A stretch of 64,000 nt of DNA, taken from the human T2T-CHM13v2.0 reference genome, Homo sapiens. The notes below the pieces were generated by a model that worked only from the letters and a program-made list of their open reading frames with translations, did not search any database and had not been told where the DNA came from. Each line of letters starts with the position of its first letter. The first letter of the stretch is position 1. This document shows positions 16,811-32,807 of the stretch, piece after piece. The translations under genes and the position numbers were made by a program. The DNA lies in NCBI RefSeq assembly GCF_009914755.1, contig NC_060928.1. One strand, given 5' to 3'.

Positions 16811-17727
16811 CTAGGGCAGAAGGAGAAGGCATGAGGGCAGATTTGCTGACAAGTCCAGCTTCCTAAAATGGGGCATGAGCCCAGCCTGTGCACATTAGGC
16901 ATCCAGGAAGAAGGAGGGTAGCACGGTCTCGCAGAGGGTCTGGGAATTTATCAGTCTCAGTATGATTTCAAAGACCCCCAAGAGGTTTTGACCCACACTT
17001 CCCAAGCTGTTGCTTGGAGACAGTTTCAAAGAAACTGAGATGCTGAAATGCAGTGAAATCATCCTTGCAGAGAATCTTAGAAGAAAAATCTCCAAGTGCA
17101 GAACCAGTCAGGTTGGGGAAATTGTGATAACCAGTGTTACCAAGCAAACAATGGCTCCTTGGTACTTAGTTATTTTGAAGATTCAGCCTCAGCCCAGGGT
17201 CTCTGATGGTCATGTGATCTCCAGGAAGGACCCGAGCTGCTCGTCCGCCTCTTGGATCATCTCCCACATTCAGGCTCTGCCCAGCACATGTCTCAGTGGC
17301 TCTACTGCCAGAAGCCATCCAGCGGCCCATGCAACAGGCTCATCACCTGGGCTCTGCACTCTTGCCCTGCCTTCCTCTCTAATCTTGTCTCCCAGCCCTC
17401 CTGCACCAGCTTCTCTCCAGCTCTGCTGAAATACATGCAGGAGCCAGAAAAAAGAGAAGGAAGCAATGTGTGTGCTGAGATGAGCGAGCTCTGGAATATA
17501 AGAAGTGATAAAAGAAAGCTTCAGAACTGTGTGTGTAATATACTGCCACCTGTGTGAAAAAAAGTGGGGGAGAAAGAAGGTACATCTATGTATACATGCA
17601 TGTGCACACACTTATAACTGCATGCATATGGCAGAAAAAGTCACTAGAAGGATATACAAGAAACTACTAACACTGATTGCATCCAGGAAGGCAAACAATG
17701 TAGTTGAGGGCCTGTGATAAAATGAGG

Positions 17728-18354
17728 GTGGCACAGGAAAGGCTTAACTCAGCAGGCCTGGGCTGTCCAAACCCTCCACATTCAGGAGAAAGGACTGGCC
17801 CTTGAGCAGCTCCTGAAAGATAACCTCTAAAGCCTGCAGAATATCCTTGCCTGATTACAGTGTGGGTTGTTGTTTTTTTTTTTTTTTTTTAATATGCCTG
17901 GGTCCTTTGACCTCACCAGATAGCTGATGCCAATGAGTTGTGATGGGTGCCTTGGACCCTGCTGTACTGAAATGACCTCTGGAGGGGCTAGAGAACGAGT
18001 AACTGAGGTCAGTCTCATGGGTGCTCCATGCCTATGTGACTGAGCCTGAGAAAAACCCTGGACCCAAAGGCTCCAGTGAGCTTCCCTGGTTGGCAATATT
18101 CCATCCGGATTGTCAAACATTATTGCTGGGAGAACTAAGCTCTGTCCACACAACTCATCCACTGGGAGAGACAGCCGGAAGCTCATGCCTGGTCTCTCCT
18201 GGGCTCTGCGACATTCACCTTTTTCCTTTCCTGGCTTTAATCTATACCCTTTCTCTGTAATGAACTGTAACTGAGCAGAATGGCTTTTCTGAGTTCTGTA
18301 AGTACTTCTAGCAAATCACTGACCCTAAGGCAGGTGCTGGAGACCCCTGACACA
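17728..18354 (+). mobile_element. MER21-type solo LTR
   Basis: TTAACTCAGCAGGCCTG start; TGAGTTCTGT...CTAGCAAATCACTGA...GACCCCTGACACA end; paralogous to the 5480 element. Confidence 0.7.
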
Positions 18355-18732
18355 AGGATAATATGTGGGATTGTAACCACCTTGTAGGATTAGGAAGGTT
18401 AAAGACCTAAAAAACATTAAACAACTTTGAAAACTGTCAGGTACCCTATTAATGATTATAATCTGAAACAAAATATATCAGACTTTTTTCCCATTCTAAA
18501 TGATCTCTGTGGATTTTTACTGACAATTATTTAATTGTAACAAAAATAATCTCAGTCCTAGTATTGCCATATGAGATATCACAGACCTTGCTATTTGTTC
18601 ATTGCTCATGTGTCTAGACTTGTGTAGGTAAGCCCATGATTTATCAGTTCTTAAATACATGACTCTAATAAAATGATCTGGGCAAAATCCAATTATTTTC
18701 TCTTCAAATATACACCACCAGTGGAAACTTAC

Positions 18733-18801
18733 CAGTGCACATTTCTGAAAAATTACTCCATTTTCAGAAGTCCCTTGAACTTCTCTTGAAATGTCCCCAT
18801 A
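18733..18801 (-). CDS. EVC2: EVC2 exon 4 (YGDISREVQGTSENGVIFQKCAL)
   Basis: Acceptor TTATTGTAG|TAT, donor CTG|GTAAGT; 69 nt; phase 0 at both ends. Confidence 0.95.
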
Positions 18802-19535
18802 CTACAATAAAATGTAAAAGTTATTAGAAAATGAGAAATATTTCATGCTATACATATTTAATAAAAGTACAAGATAATGAAATTTTTACAGAGGGTAGAA
18901 AGATTACTGCTACTAATCCTTAAGTAATCTTGAAGTCTTATTTTTTAAAAGAGCATTAAAGGATTAGAAATTAAAACTTATGGAAAGAAGAATGTGGACA
19001 TGAGCTTACACCACAGTGTATTCCTGGTCTGGGTGCAAGTGTGGGACACCTGTTGTCACAGGGCTCAGCCAACCAAGACTGACATACCAGCAAGGGGGAC
19101 GTGGGCAGAGCAGTGAAGATATCATTTAACATGTACCGTGTGCTTACCAGGTGTGGGCTGACAGTACACCTGTGCACCATGGTGCGCTGGAACAAAGGGC
19201 AGTGTGTCTGGGGGCTGGGGGCAGCCTCTCTGTGAGCTTGATCCCTCATCAACATAAGGAATCCCCCCACCAATGCTTGGCCTCCTCCAGCCCTGCAATG
19301 GCTCCTACGAAAAGGTTCCAAAGGAAAGCCAGGGCTCATCCATCAAACACAAGCCTCCTGTTGCCCTTGAAACCGCAGGTTTCCTTTCCGTTTGACTAAT
19401 AACAAATATCTGTTCATTTCTGCTCTTGCCATGCTCCCTGCCCCAGGGCCCTGCAGTATCCACACACCTCCTTTAAATGGGACTGGACCCTTACTGCATC
19501 AAGGAAGCCCTCCTTGGCTCTCCTTGCTGTGATGA

Positions 19536-19823
<288 letters not shown>

Positions 19824-20054
19824 TGAGGGCCAGGCATGGCAGCCATCACTTTACATACATGAGTTCTATTACTCCCATTTTATAGATGAGGAAACTAAGA
19901 CTCAGAAAGGTTAATACTCTTGCCAAAGATTACTCAGGCAGGAAGCTCGAGACTCTCCCCAGGCCTGTGTGACTCCAAATCCTGTGATCTTTCCACAACA
20001 TGCATTCCCTCTCCACAGTGTAACCCTCTCATTGTGTAGAAAATTAACAAAAAT

Positions 20055-20367
<313 letters not shown>

Positions 20368-20701
20368 GAAAATTAACAAAAATGCCATTTTCCGAAGAAC
20401 ACGCGGACAATATGCAACAGCATCAGCCTGACCCAGGCCTCTGATTCAGTTGAGCTTCCATCCACTACACCCCCGCTAATGCCTTTTTAACGTGCTGGGA
20501 CCCTAAGAGAATTTGTCAAAGCCCTCAAGCAGGGACCTGGCTTTCTCTTCTGACCTTCATATAGCATCTTGCAAACAATAACTGATAAATACAGCTTGTG
20601 GAGCAAATAAATGCAGAAGGGACGACTGAGTATGGAGGGTGCTGCCCTGTGAGGTGACGAGTTACCTGTAACTGGAGAGGACTGGAAAGAACAATGAGTA
20701 C

Positions 20702-21150
20702 TGTAGTGGGTTCAGAGATGAACCCCAAAGGATATGTCTGTGTTCTGATCCCCAGAACCTGTGTATGTGTCCTTATTTGGAAAAGAGGTCTCTGAAGATG
20801 TAATTAAACTAAGGATCTCAAGAGATCATCCTGGACTATCCAGGTGGGCCTGACATCCAATGACAAGTGTCCTTATAAGTGGCACATAGAGAAGACACAG
20901 ACACAGAGGAGGCCAAGAGCAGATGGAGGGAGAGAGTCAAGTGATCCAGCCACAGCCAAGGATGGCCTGGAGCCACCAGAAGCTGGAAGAGGGAGGAGGA
21001 TGCTCCCCTAGAGCCTGCAGAGGGAGCGTGGCCCCACCAGCACCGGGCTTCCAGACTTCTAACCTCCCCAGCAGTGAGAAAATACATTCCTGTTGTTTTC
21101 AGCCATGCTGTTTGTGGTCATTTGTGACAGCAGCCCCAGGAAATTAACAT
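20702..21150 (+). mobile_element. MLT1C-like solo LTR
   Basis: TGTAGTGGG...GAGATCATCCTGGA...AAGCTGGAAGAGG...TTTGTGACAGCAGCC motifs. Confidence 0.75.
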
Positions 21151-21804
21151 CACTACTTAGCAGGGAGCCCAAAAAAGGGCTCTTGGCCATCGTAGCTCAT
21201 TGGCCAAGCTCAACAGTTCTCATACTACGTTAAGTCACTGAACCCACGTTACATAAAATCAGAATAGAAAACAACAGCAAGAGCACGGAGCTCTGCCACT
21301 TCTACCTGTGGGACATGGAACTAGTTTCTTAATCTCTCTAATCCTCAATTTCCCGTCTGTAAAATGAGAATAAAAATATTACTGTTTAAGAAACTCATAA
21401 TGAGGCTCAAGTGAGATTATACATAGAAAGTGCTAAACCCAGTGCCCGACCCATAGTAAATGCTTGTGAAATGTTCACTGCTATTATGGGCACAGTCATC
21501 TTTAATAGCTGGGAGTCACTCGGTCTGGTTAAAGCACAATCCAATCCCTGCTTCAGAAACACCAGATGAGGCAGCCTAATGCTGAGTCAAACCTCCTCTC
21601 CATCTAAATACTGTATGTTGTGTAGCAGAAATAGCACCTTGGAAAAATAAATGGATTTGCTACCCAGTGATAACTATATTTAGTGAAAGAGGAGGAATAG
21701 GGTTTTTTTAAGCAACAAAAACCCGTGCCATTTTATATACAGGCCATAATTGGTTTATTTCCAACTTCTGGTATTTGTGTTAAAGCATTGAACTTAATAC
21801 TTAC

Positions 21805-21971
21805 CAGGCGGTGTGTTATAGGAGACTCTCTTTTAAATAAGTTCTTCTTAGGCCAGGAGGGTATAAAAGCAAATAAGGAATGAGCCCATGGCCCACTAGA
21901 GGCTGCAGAAGTTGAGAGTGGGATGAAGACTTCCATTTTCTTGTCCAATTTCATTCCAAGTGGTGCTTCCA
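21805..21971 (-). CDS. EVC2: EVC2 exon 3 (VEAPLGMKLDKKMEVFIP...ESPITHRL)
   Basis: Acceptor TTTTGCAG|TGG, donor CTG|GTAAGT; 167 nt; peptide visible in ORF 21733..21990. Confidence 0.96.
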
Positions 21972-22536
21972 CTGCAAAACAACAACACACCCGTTTTATA
22001 TAATGCGGAAAGACAGTAAGACATAGAACTTAACCTCTAGAGACAGACTACAGGGTACATGGAAGGTACTTAGAAGACGTTTGTTGGGTAAGTAAGTTAA
22101 TGAAGGAATGAATGATATCATCTCTTTGCCAGGAAAATGAGACATGCTCACTGGGATGCTACAGAACTTAAGAAGAGCATTTTTCAAAGCCTCGTCTCCT
22201 TACCTGGGTTGTGCAGCCCCACCTAGGAATCAGAACTGCTGGGCAAGAATGATGCCTGGGTTGATTCTTACACACATGACATTAGACAGCCCTGGGCTTG
22301 AGTCCTGGCTCTGCCCCTCCAGCTGTGAGTCCTTGGGCATAACCTCTAACCTCTCTATACCTCGGTTTGCTTAATTCTAAGGCAAACAGCATAGGTCTCA
22401 CCTCACTAGGTCCTTCTGGGCACCCGCCTACTGCAGAGTAAGCCCTCAGTGAACACCACCAACCACCATCCTAAAGAGGATGTGTGCACGGCCAGACACA
22501 AACGCCTGCTGAGCCCTCCAATAGGAAATGACTCCT

Positions 22537-22876
<340 letters not shown>

Positions 22877-24294
22877 TCAATACATTTGGAAAGTTCATGA
22901 GCATTGTGTGCAAAGCACAGGAATGTCACTTAAAAGGTCCGGGCTGGGCTGTCAGGGTCCCTCTTCAGTGGATGCGGCCCAGGTGCTGATCAACTGTGGG
23001 ACCTTGCACAGGTCAGCTGAGTTCGCTGGGCCTCAGTTCCCCTCACCTGGGTGTGTGGTTAAGATACCAATCAGACAGGGCTGTTGTCTGAGCAGCCAAT
23101 CAAATGCCACACTGCACATGAAAGTGCTTAGATGTATCCAATGCTTCAAGTCAGCAATTTTAGTTTTGAAATGACCTGGATGGTGGCATTGTGCCTTCTT
23201 CAACATTTGTCTTTTATTCAAATACAAACTAATTTGACTGAAAATAAGGTGTACTTTTCAGTCTTTCTTACCCAGCATATTGATGGTAAAGACTACAAGT
23301 GCTTTTGAAACTTTCTATAGAATTTCAAAATATATGCAGGAAAAAAACTAAAATCTGATTAAAAAAAGATGTGGAGCTGGGTCCTGGATTAAATTACAGT
23401 ATTTTTTTCCTTCCTTGGGTTGTATTTGGGGGTGATTCAGTTCCTCAGGTTGGGATGGGATAAGGGCTCCAATTGCATCAAGCATCGGGGAACTGATGGC
23501 CCTCGCCATGGAAACAAGTGGGTGCTCCACCAGGTGAGCGGCTGATTCAGAGCATCGGGAATGTCTGAGTAGAGCATATGGGTGCAAGTGAGACCGGACA
23601 TCCATCTCCGGACCCCAGCACAGCACCCTGGGCCAGGGCACAAATGCTTGTGCAGCAAGCAACCAGGACATAAAGTCTTAAGGCCACACCTTACCCTTAA
23701 GCGCTCCATCTCTGGTCCACCCGTTTATGCCTCTCTGGCTCTCCTGGTCCTCAGCTTTAATGAAGACTCCAAAGTGATCCCTCCCTTCAGAGAGGACCCC
23801 TCCTCTATTCAGCAAGAATCCCGCTCAGTCTACAGAGCCAAGTGGGGCCCACCCGAATCCCAGCCCATCCCATTCCCCAGGACACCAGAGTTAGGCACAG
23901 AACCCAGACAACCCCACCCAGTGGCCCCAGGGATAGGTTCAGGGACAGGCCGGGGACCCACGCTGAGCCCAGGGGCCTGCACTGGAACTGTCACAGCCGC
24001 TGGGAAGTCTGCGCTGCAGGTGCCAGCCATGAGGCTCAGGAGCCAGGGACTGCCCGCGGCATTTTTCCCACCATGGGGAAAGGATGTAACTGCCTGTGAA
24101 AGATGCTCACCAGAGGAAAGCAGGGCGGCTGAGAGGGAAGGAGAAAGGCAGAGCCGTAGGAGCATTGAGAACCTTGTGCTCCTGGGTCCAGCAGTGCCAG
24201 GGCCTGTGCGTTTCAGTTACAGATGCCAATGAATTCCTCTTGATGAAATGAGTGTCAGTTGAATTTCGACCACTGAGTGTGGCAAGCTGAATAA

Positions 24295-24781
24295 AGGTCC
24301 GCAAAGACAGCCAGGTCCTAACCCCATGAAGCTGTGAATGTTATCTTAGGGTCTCAGATACTTTGCAAATGTGATTCCATTAAGGGCTTCGAGATGGGGA
24401 GATTGCCTGGATTATCCTGGTGGGCCCTAAATGTCATCACAGATGTCCTTATAAGAGGGAGACAGAGATTTGACAGACAGAAGAGAAGAAGGCCAAGTAA
24501 CTACTGAGGCACGATGCCATGCTGCTAGCTTCCAAAATGGAGGAGGGCAGTATCCCTAATCCATCCCTAAGGAACGCAGGCAATGCGGCCATAGATGCTG
24601 GAAAAGGAGAGGAATTGGTTTCGCTTCTGGAACCTCCAGAGGGAGCAGACAGACACCTTGACTTTGCCCAGTGAAACTGATGTTGGACTTCTGCTTTCCA
24701 GTACTGTAAGAGAATAAACGTGTGTGGTCGAAGCCACTGTTTGTGAACATTTGTTAGGGAAGCCACAGGAAACTGATATAC
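24295..24781 (+). mobile_element. MLT1D-like solo LTR
   Basis: GATGGGGAGATT...GGATTATCC...CTGGAACCTCCAGAGGGA...AAGCCACTG motifs. Confidence 0.7.
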
Positions 24782-25062
24782 CCATTTAATTCACACGTTC
24801 TGTTTCATTCACCAAATGCCTTCAGGGGATATCAAAAAGGGCCTACCTCACCCTAGGTTCCACTGTGCACTAACGCTTCGGCCAGCTTTGAGGTGGAGGT
24901 ACACTGCCCTAGTTCTGTAAGGTCAGGGAATGATCTACTTGCCCAAAGTAGAGAGGTGCTGGAAGGATCAGCAGAGAGTGAGGGAGCTGGAGGAAGGAGG
25001 GCTTCAGGCTTCTGGTTTTTCATGCTCAAAACAGGGGAACATCAACCAGAAGAAAAACTCAC

Positions 25063-25117
25063 CTGCAGTCTTAAAGTGACAGCATTCCACTTTGGGCCAA
25101 ATCATACAGGGCAAGTC
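25063..25117 (-). CDS. EVC2: EVC2 exon 2 (DLPCMIWPKVECCHFKTA)
   Basis: Acceptor TTTTTTAG|GAC, donor CAG|GTGAGT; 55 nt; in frame with exon 1. Confidence 0.95.
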
Positions 25118-25177
25118 CTAAAAAATTCAAGACACAAAGTCATTAATGGAACACATACTTCTGAGAAGTGATAATAA

Positions 25178-25519
<342 letters not shown>

Positions 25520-26809
25520 CAAGGACCTGCACTTTCATCCAGAAGTGTGAAGTAAACTTTTCTAAGTCGGCCATTCCCGGCAGCTTCTGAGTAAAGAATT
25601 CCCTTCTCTTTCCCAGGGAGAGAATCAGCGCCCTCATGAATGCATTTCTGGGAGCTGTCAAGGGAGGCCGCACCATGTGATTGAAATGTCTTATCATCAG
25701 ACAGACCTGGGTTCAAACGTTAGCCCTGCCCTCCATCAACTCTGTGGACCCTGGGTAAGCCAACAGCCTGCGAATTCCCAAGATCCTGCAAGTTTCCAGG
25801 GTGGTAGATAAGACACTAGATGAGGAGTGGAGAGAACTGGACTCTAGCTGGAACCATTTATTCACTGTGTGTCCTTGGCTAAGTCTCTCAGCCTCTCTGA
25901 GCCTCAGATCCCTCTTCTGAAAAGTGACCTCAAAGCCTCCTCCGAGTCTGCTCAGCCTCATTGGTGATGAAAATTTGTCTAAACTGAGCCTGGCCAAACC
26001 CTTCCAATTTACCTTTATGAATCACTGGGCTCTAGAAAGACTCAGACCTCTCTACTGAATAACAGTAAAAGCTCTCCCAGATGGAACCTTCTCCATGTGC
26101 CAGTGCTTACGCTATGTGCACTGAGTGAACTGTACAAGTAGTCCCTATAGAAATGCATGAAGCATTATACTCATTGTACAGCACTACCCCCAGTCTACAG
26201 TAATGAGATAACTCACTCCAGAGCCTGGCACGCAAGCAGCCTGGCCTAGCACATGTGCTCACCCTGCACGCAACGGCTGGTTTCTGTGTAATGGAAGAAG
26301 AAAGGATGTGTATGTGAGTTGAGCGGGATGCTCAGGCCTGGCTTTGGGTCCAGTTCCAATGACTAGTCCATGTGGCTACTGTTCACATGGCTCTCACGCG
26401 GGCCAGACACCACGGAAACCATAAGGTGGGACAGGATCGATGGGACAACTGTTGTGGCCACTGTCTGTGTGTTTCAGCCCCAGTCCTTACAGGCCTCCAG
26501 GACCCTGGCTGGGGCAGTTCTGCTGGGGTGATGTAACCCCAGCTGGGCTGGAGGCTGATTTTCCCCCAAAGGTGTGGAGGAGGCCCACCCACGGAGATGG
26601 AGACTCCTGGAGGGACACGGAGGAAATGATGGAAATTGCAGAGACAGTGGCAGAGACAGGCAAGAGGTGTGGGAAGAGGGAAAATGGGTGCAGCTCGATC
26701 CAGACAGGCTTCTACCAAACCCACCCCAGCATTCCCCATTGATGGAGCCAAACATCTGGCTTCAGTTTGTTCACACGGAGCTTATGTTATGTTATGGGCA
26801 GCGTAAAGA

Positions 26810-27740
<931 letters not shown>

Positions 27741-28369
27741 TTACAGTCTATTACTTAACAAATACATCCATGTGGTCTCTGATATGAACATTTGCCAATG
27801 GATGGCAAAGCATCCATTGGATGGTGCACCGAACTCCACACAAATGTACGTTTGTACAACCTCTGTCCCCTGGAACTTTCTATCCATTCTTTCAACCAGC
27901 ACCTGCTGCTTGTTAGGCACTGTGCTAGGGATCACATGTCAGGCAAAGCAGACCTGGCCCCTGACCTCACCCAGGGACAAAGCTCTCCTTACCAGTGGAC
28001 ATTGCCACTCAGGAGGAAGGGGCAGGTTCCCAGGGAGCAAAGGACCCAGGCTGACCTCCATGAGAACCCTGGGCCAGGCCTCCCAGGGCAGTCTCGCTGG
28101 TTTCTGGGCATCTCTGATTCTTGTCCTCACCAAAGTCCCCAGCCTGGGGAGGTACCTCTCTGGGGACTCCAGCCACTCTGGGCAACCGCTCCCATAGGCA
28201 CCATGCCAGGTGCAGCCGATAGCACCTTCCAATGGCCAGCCTGCCCCTCCCTGTCATCCCTCTCTCCAAGCTGACACAGCTCCTGTCGAGGTCACCACAG
28301 CCACTCCAACGTTCCACTTAATGATCAGTCCTCCTCATCGCACACACTTACCAGCACCATTCGATATGT

Positions 28370-28892
28370 GCTTATTGCAGCTTCCCGTGGCTGCTGTACA
28401 CATCACTGCAAATGTAGTGGCTTAATACACATTTATTCTCTGATAGTTCTAGAAGTCAGAAGTCTGACACAGGTCTCAATGGACTAAAGTCAAAGTATTG
28501 GCAGGGCTGTGCTCTTTTCTGGAGGCTCCAGGGGAAAACCCATTTCCTCTCCTTTTCCAGCTTTCAGAGACTGCTGCGTTCCTTAAGTTCATGGCCCCTT
28601 CCTCCATTGTCAAAGGCAGCAGTAGCTGAGTCCTTCTCACGTTGCATCTCTCTGACCTCCTTCAAACATCTCCTTCTGATCTCTTCTCTGCCTGCTTCTT
28701 CCACTTTTACGGACCCTGATTATTACACTGGAACCATCAGATAAACCTGAATATATTCCTTATTTTAACATCAGTTGATCAGCAACCTGAATTCCTTGTA
28801 TAATGTCAATTCCCATGGCCATGAAACCTGACATATCCACAGGTTCCAGGGGTCTGGACGTGGGCATCTTGGGGAGCCATTATTCTGCCGAC
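28370..28892 (-). mobile_element. MLT1-family solo LTR, antisense
   Basis: ATTTATTCTC...AGTTCTAGAAGTCAGAAGTC...CTGGAGGCTCCAGGGG motifs. Confidence 0.7.
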
Positions 28893-30506
28893 CATGGTGA
28901 GCCCCTTTCTCCCTTCCTGAAATGCTCTCCACCCTTGACCTTCGGGTCACATTCCTGGTTCCCTTTTACAGAGGCCACACGTTGTCCGGCCTCCTCTGTT
29001 GGATCTTTTCCTCTCCTAGTCAAAAGTCCTGGGGTTGCTCCAGGGCACTCTTTCCAGTCGAGAGTTCCTCCTGAGGTGAGCTCATCCAGGCCCTCAGATG
29101 TTAAAGGTCATTTATACACTGATTATTCCCCCATGTAAATCTCTAGTTCATATTTCTCCCCTCAAATCCAGACTTGAATGCCTAAGAGACATGTCGAACT
29201 CAACAGCAGTGATTTCCAACCTGAGGCTGCTGCACATTAACCAGTGGCATCTCCTTTCTCCTATTGGCTCAGGCCAAAATCCTTGGATTTGTCTTTGATT
29301 CTTCTCTTTCTCTCTCTCAACCCAGAACCAATCCCAGTAAACCCCACTGGCTCTACCTTGAAAAAACATCCACAATCCAGCAACCTCTCAGTAGCCCACC
29401 ATTACCTCCCCAGTCCAGCTCCCCTCCATAGCCCCCTGGCCTCCCGCCTGCCTGCTTGCCACTTTCCTGCTCACACATCCGCCTGCCATCTATTCTCACC
29501 CCTGCCACGGGGGTGCCTGGAAAGGAAACATGAGAGTGGGTCACTTTCTTGCTGAAAGCCCATCCACAGCATCCCATCTTACTCGGAACAACTGTCGGAG
29601 TCCTGGCCAGAAACAAGGCCTTGCCCGTCCCCCACTCCATTCGGGGATCCGCTCAGCTGTCACCTCCTTACAGCACCTTCCCTGCCCATCCTGTCCATAT
29701 CATGAGTGCCCCTCATCTCTCAGACCACTCTGCCCACTGTGTACATCTCTACAGCCCCAACCACCAGTGGACACACCACATAGTAACATGATTCCTGCCT
29801 TTTTCCTGCTCCAAGAATGCAGGTTCCTCAAGAGCAGGGGCAGGTCTTGGTCTGCCTTATCCTGTTATATTTCAAGCATTTAGGACAGAGCCTGGCATCT
29901 AGAAGGCCCTCAATAGACATTGCGAAAGAATGGCCCAGAGGCCTGGTCTCTGCTAACCCTCCACTGCCTCCTCCCCTTCTGATCAACTTCCAGTAGAATG
30001 GTCTGCATTGATGAAAATGGTCTAGAATCTGAGCTGTCCAATATGGTAGCCACTAGCCAGATGGGGCCATTTGAGCATATGAAATGTTTAAGTTTAGCCA
30101 TACATGGCTACTGTAGTGGACAGTGCCCTTTTAGACCATCTGGGAAATGGTTGTAATTGCCTCTTCTCTCTTTGTAAGAAGAAGGGATGATAAATTCGCA
30201 CAGAAATCTTGTGTTCAGGTTCATGAAGCACTTTCTTGTAGAGCCTAGACACTGACAGCAAGTGCTTTGGGTTAGACAAGTCTGGGTGGACATCTTCACC
30301 TCACCTGGAATCACTGTGGCCTCAGTTTCCTCATCTGTAAAATGGGAATGTTATACCTTCTTCATAAGGAATTTTGAAAGATTAAACCAGAAAATAAATG
30401 TAAAGCTTAGCATAGTAACAGAGTATTTACCAACAGAGTAAATACACAGCAAATATACAATTGTTATTATTGCCATTATTACTACATATTACTATGTATT
30501 GCCATT

Positions 30507-30705
30507 CAGTAAGTCCTTACTTAACATCATCAATAGGTTCATGGCAACTGTGACTTTAAGCCAAATGGCATACTGTATAGCAAAACCAATTTTACCATAG
30601 GCTAGTTAATACAGACAAGAGCTAAGTTCCTACAGCATGCAGTGCTTCTTTTTGCTTAAAGTCAAAGTATCCAAGAACCTATTGATGTTCCGTGAGGACT
30701 TACTG
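30507..30705. mobile_element. MER6B-like palindromic MITE (TcMar-Tigger)
   Basis: CAGTAAGTCCTTAC...ATAGGTTC...GACTTTAAGC mirrored by GCTTAAAGTC...GAACCTAT...GAGGACTTACTG. Confidence 0.75.
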
Positions 30706-31074
30706 CATATCATTGTAACTATTATTATCACCGCTCTTGTTACTGTTCTTATCATCACCATCATCATCATCTCTGATAATGCCAAGAAGTAACTATAAAA
30801 TCGCCACTTTGTAGATGAGGAATGTGAATCTCAAAGCTGGACTGAGCACCAACTTCAGGAGAATAGAGACTCAGGCACGTTGAGTGCTACATCCCCAGGA
30901 GCTGCACAGAAGCATCAAGAGTACCCAATAAATATTTATAAGTTGACACATGAAATGCTCAAGTGTCCACAGCTAGTAAACAGTAGAGCTGAGGTCAGAA
31001 CTCACACTTCTAGACTCTCAGCCCGGGTTCCAATCCCTCAGCCACTGCCTCACCACTTCCTGCCAACCTCAGTT

Positions 31075-32130
31075 ACTTCACTTGCATTCATTCATTCAAC
31101 AAATACTTTTGATCACCTACTATGTGCTATTTTGAAAATGAGGATACGTTGACAAACGAGACATCAAAAGTTCTACTCTCAGAACACTATTTAGGAAAAT
31201 TACAAGCAAAATCATAGTATACTATATATATTATACAAACAAAACAGTAACATACCATATATAGTATATTAGAAGGTGATAAGAACAGTGGAGCAAAATA
31301 AAGAAGGAAATAGGAACAGAGAGTAATGGGGGTTGCCATTTTAAATGGGGTTATGTTGAAAGGCTTTAACAGGGTGACAGAGTGGCTGTCAGGGTATCAG
31401 GGGGAGGAGCATTAGTTCAGGCAGAGGAAAGACCCGTGCAAGGGCCCTGAGGTGGGAACACACCCAGGGTGTTCAAGGAACACAAGGAGGCCAGGGTGCC
31501 TGAGCAGGGCGAGTGAGTGGTTTCTGCTCTGGGGACAATGGGAAGCCACCGTGAGCTACTCCGTGATGAGTGGCATAATAGCCATTTTAAATGGGACACT
31601 CTGGCTGCTCTGTTGAGAACAGAGAAGTACTCAAGGGGAGATGCAAGGAGGTCAGTCAGGCGGCTCCACAATAATCCCAGAGAGAAGGTGGCAATTCAGA
31701 TGAAGATGGTGTTTGTAAAGAGAGTGAAAACTGTGTTGATTGTGGGTGTGTTTTGAAAATGAAACCCATGCGATATGCTGACTAAATGTGGGGCTTGGGG
31801 AGAGGGAGGAGGCAAGGAGGGTGCCAAGGCCTCCGGGCCCAGCAAGAAAAAGACAAAGGAACCACTGACAGGAAGGGAGGCAAGGGGCAGGATTTCGGTT
31901 CTGCCTTGGTGCATGAGTTGTGGAGTGCCTGTGAGCCTCCACGGGCCATGTCAGGTAGGCATGCAGATCCACGGTGGAGCTCAGAGAAGGTCTTGGCTGG
32001 AGATGGAAATTCGGGAGCTGCCAGGGGATAGATCACCAAGGGTGTGAGTACTGACAGAAGGAAGAAGAGAACCCAGCACTGAGTCCTGGGGTGCTCCGGC
32101 CATTAAAGATCAAGTGAAGCACAGATACAC
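31075..32130 (-). mobile_element. L2 fragment
   Basis: CATTCATTCAACAAATA...CACCTACTATGTGC L2 3' end, then AGGGCCCTGAGGTGGGAA...GAGGCCAG body. Confidence 0.65.
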
Positions 32131-32169
32131 TCATGATCTCCATCTTTCCTGACCAAGCTCTCAGGAAGT

Positions 32170-32466
32170 TTTGTTTTGTTGTTGTTGTTGTTTGAGAGAG
32201 GGTCTTGTTCTGCCATCCAGGTTGGAGTGCAGTGGTGAGATCATAGCTCACTGCATCCTCGAACTCCTGGTTTCAAGCCATCTTCCTGCCTCAGCCTCCT
32301 GAAAACCTGGGAATACAGGCATGTGCTATCACACACAGCTATATATATATATATGTTTTGTAGAGATGGGGGTCTCACTATGTTTCCCAGGCTGCTTTTG
32401 AACTCCTGACCTCAAGCGATCCTCCTGACTTAGCCTCCCAAAGTGTTGGGATTACAGGCGTGAGCT
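32170..32466 (-). mobile_element. AluJ, antisense
   Basis: Diverged dimer with GATCATAGCTCACTGC. Confidence 0.85.
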
Positions 32467-32807
32467 TATTTGACTAATAGTTCCCTTAACTCAGAATTCC
32501 AAGGCTGCAGTTTTGAAGCTATAGTAATTACACAGTGTAACAGATAATGTTACATCATATCTGGCTGATTTTTTGTTGTTCTTTTCTACAAATCTGGGAC
32601 ACACCCAATCCACTGAACTTGGCATCACAACCAACCTAAATTACTGTTGTGTGGTACTTCAAGTAAAATAACGAAATGATACTATTAGCATAATGAAATG
32701 GTGAAAATGATGAAAGGATCCCATTCTGAAATAGACACTTATCTTTCAAAGGGGCTGGGTGGTTTCTTTCATCTCTAATTCTTGGGACATCAGATAGGCT
32801 TGCTACT

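Noticed and set aside
23582-24232. 216-aa plus-strand ORF in EVC2 intron 2
   Set aside because: GTG start, no recognisable homology or exon structure; likely chance in GC-rich sequence
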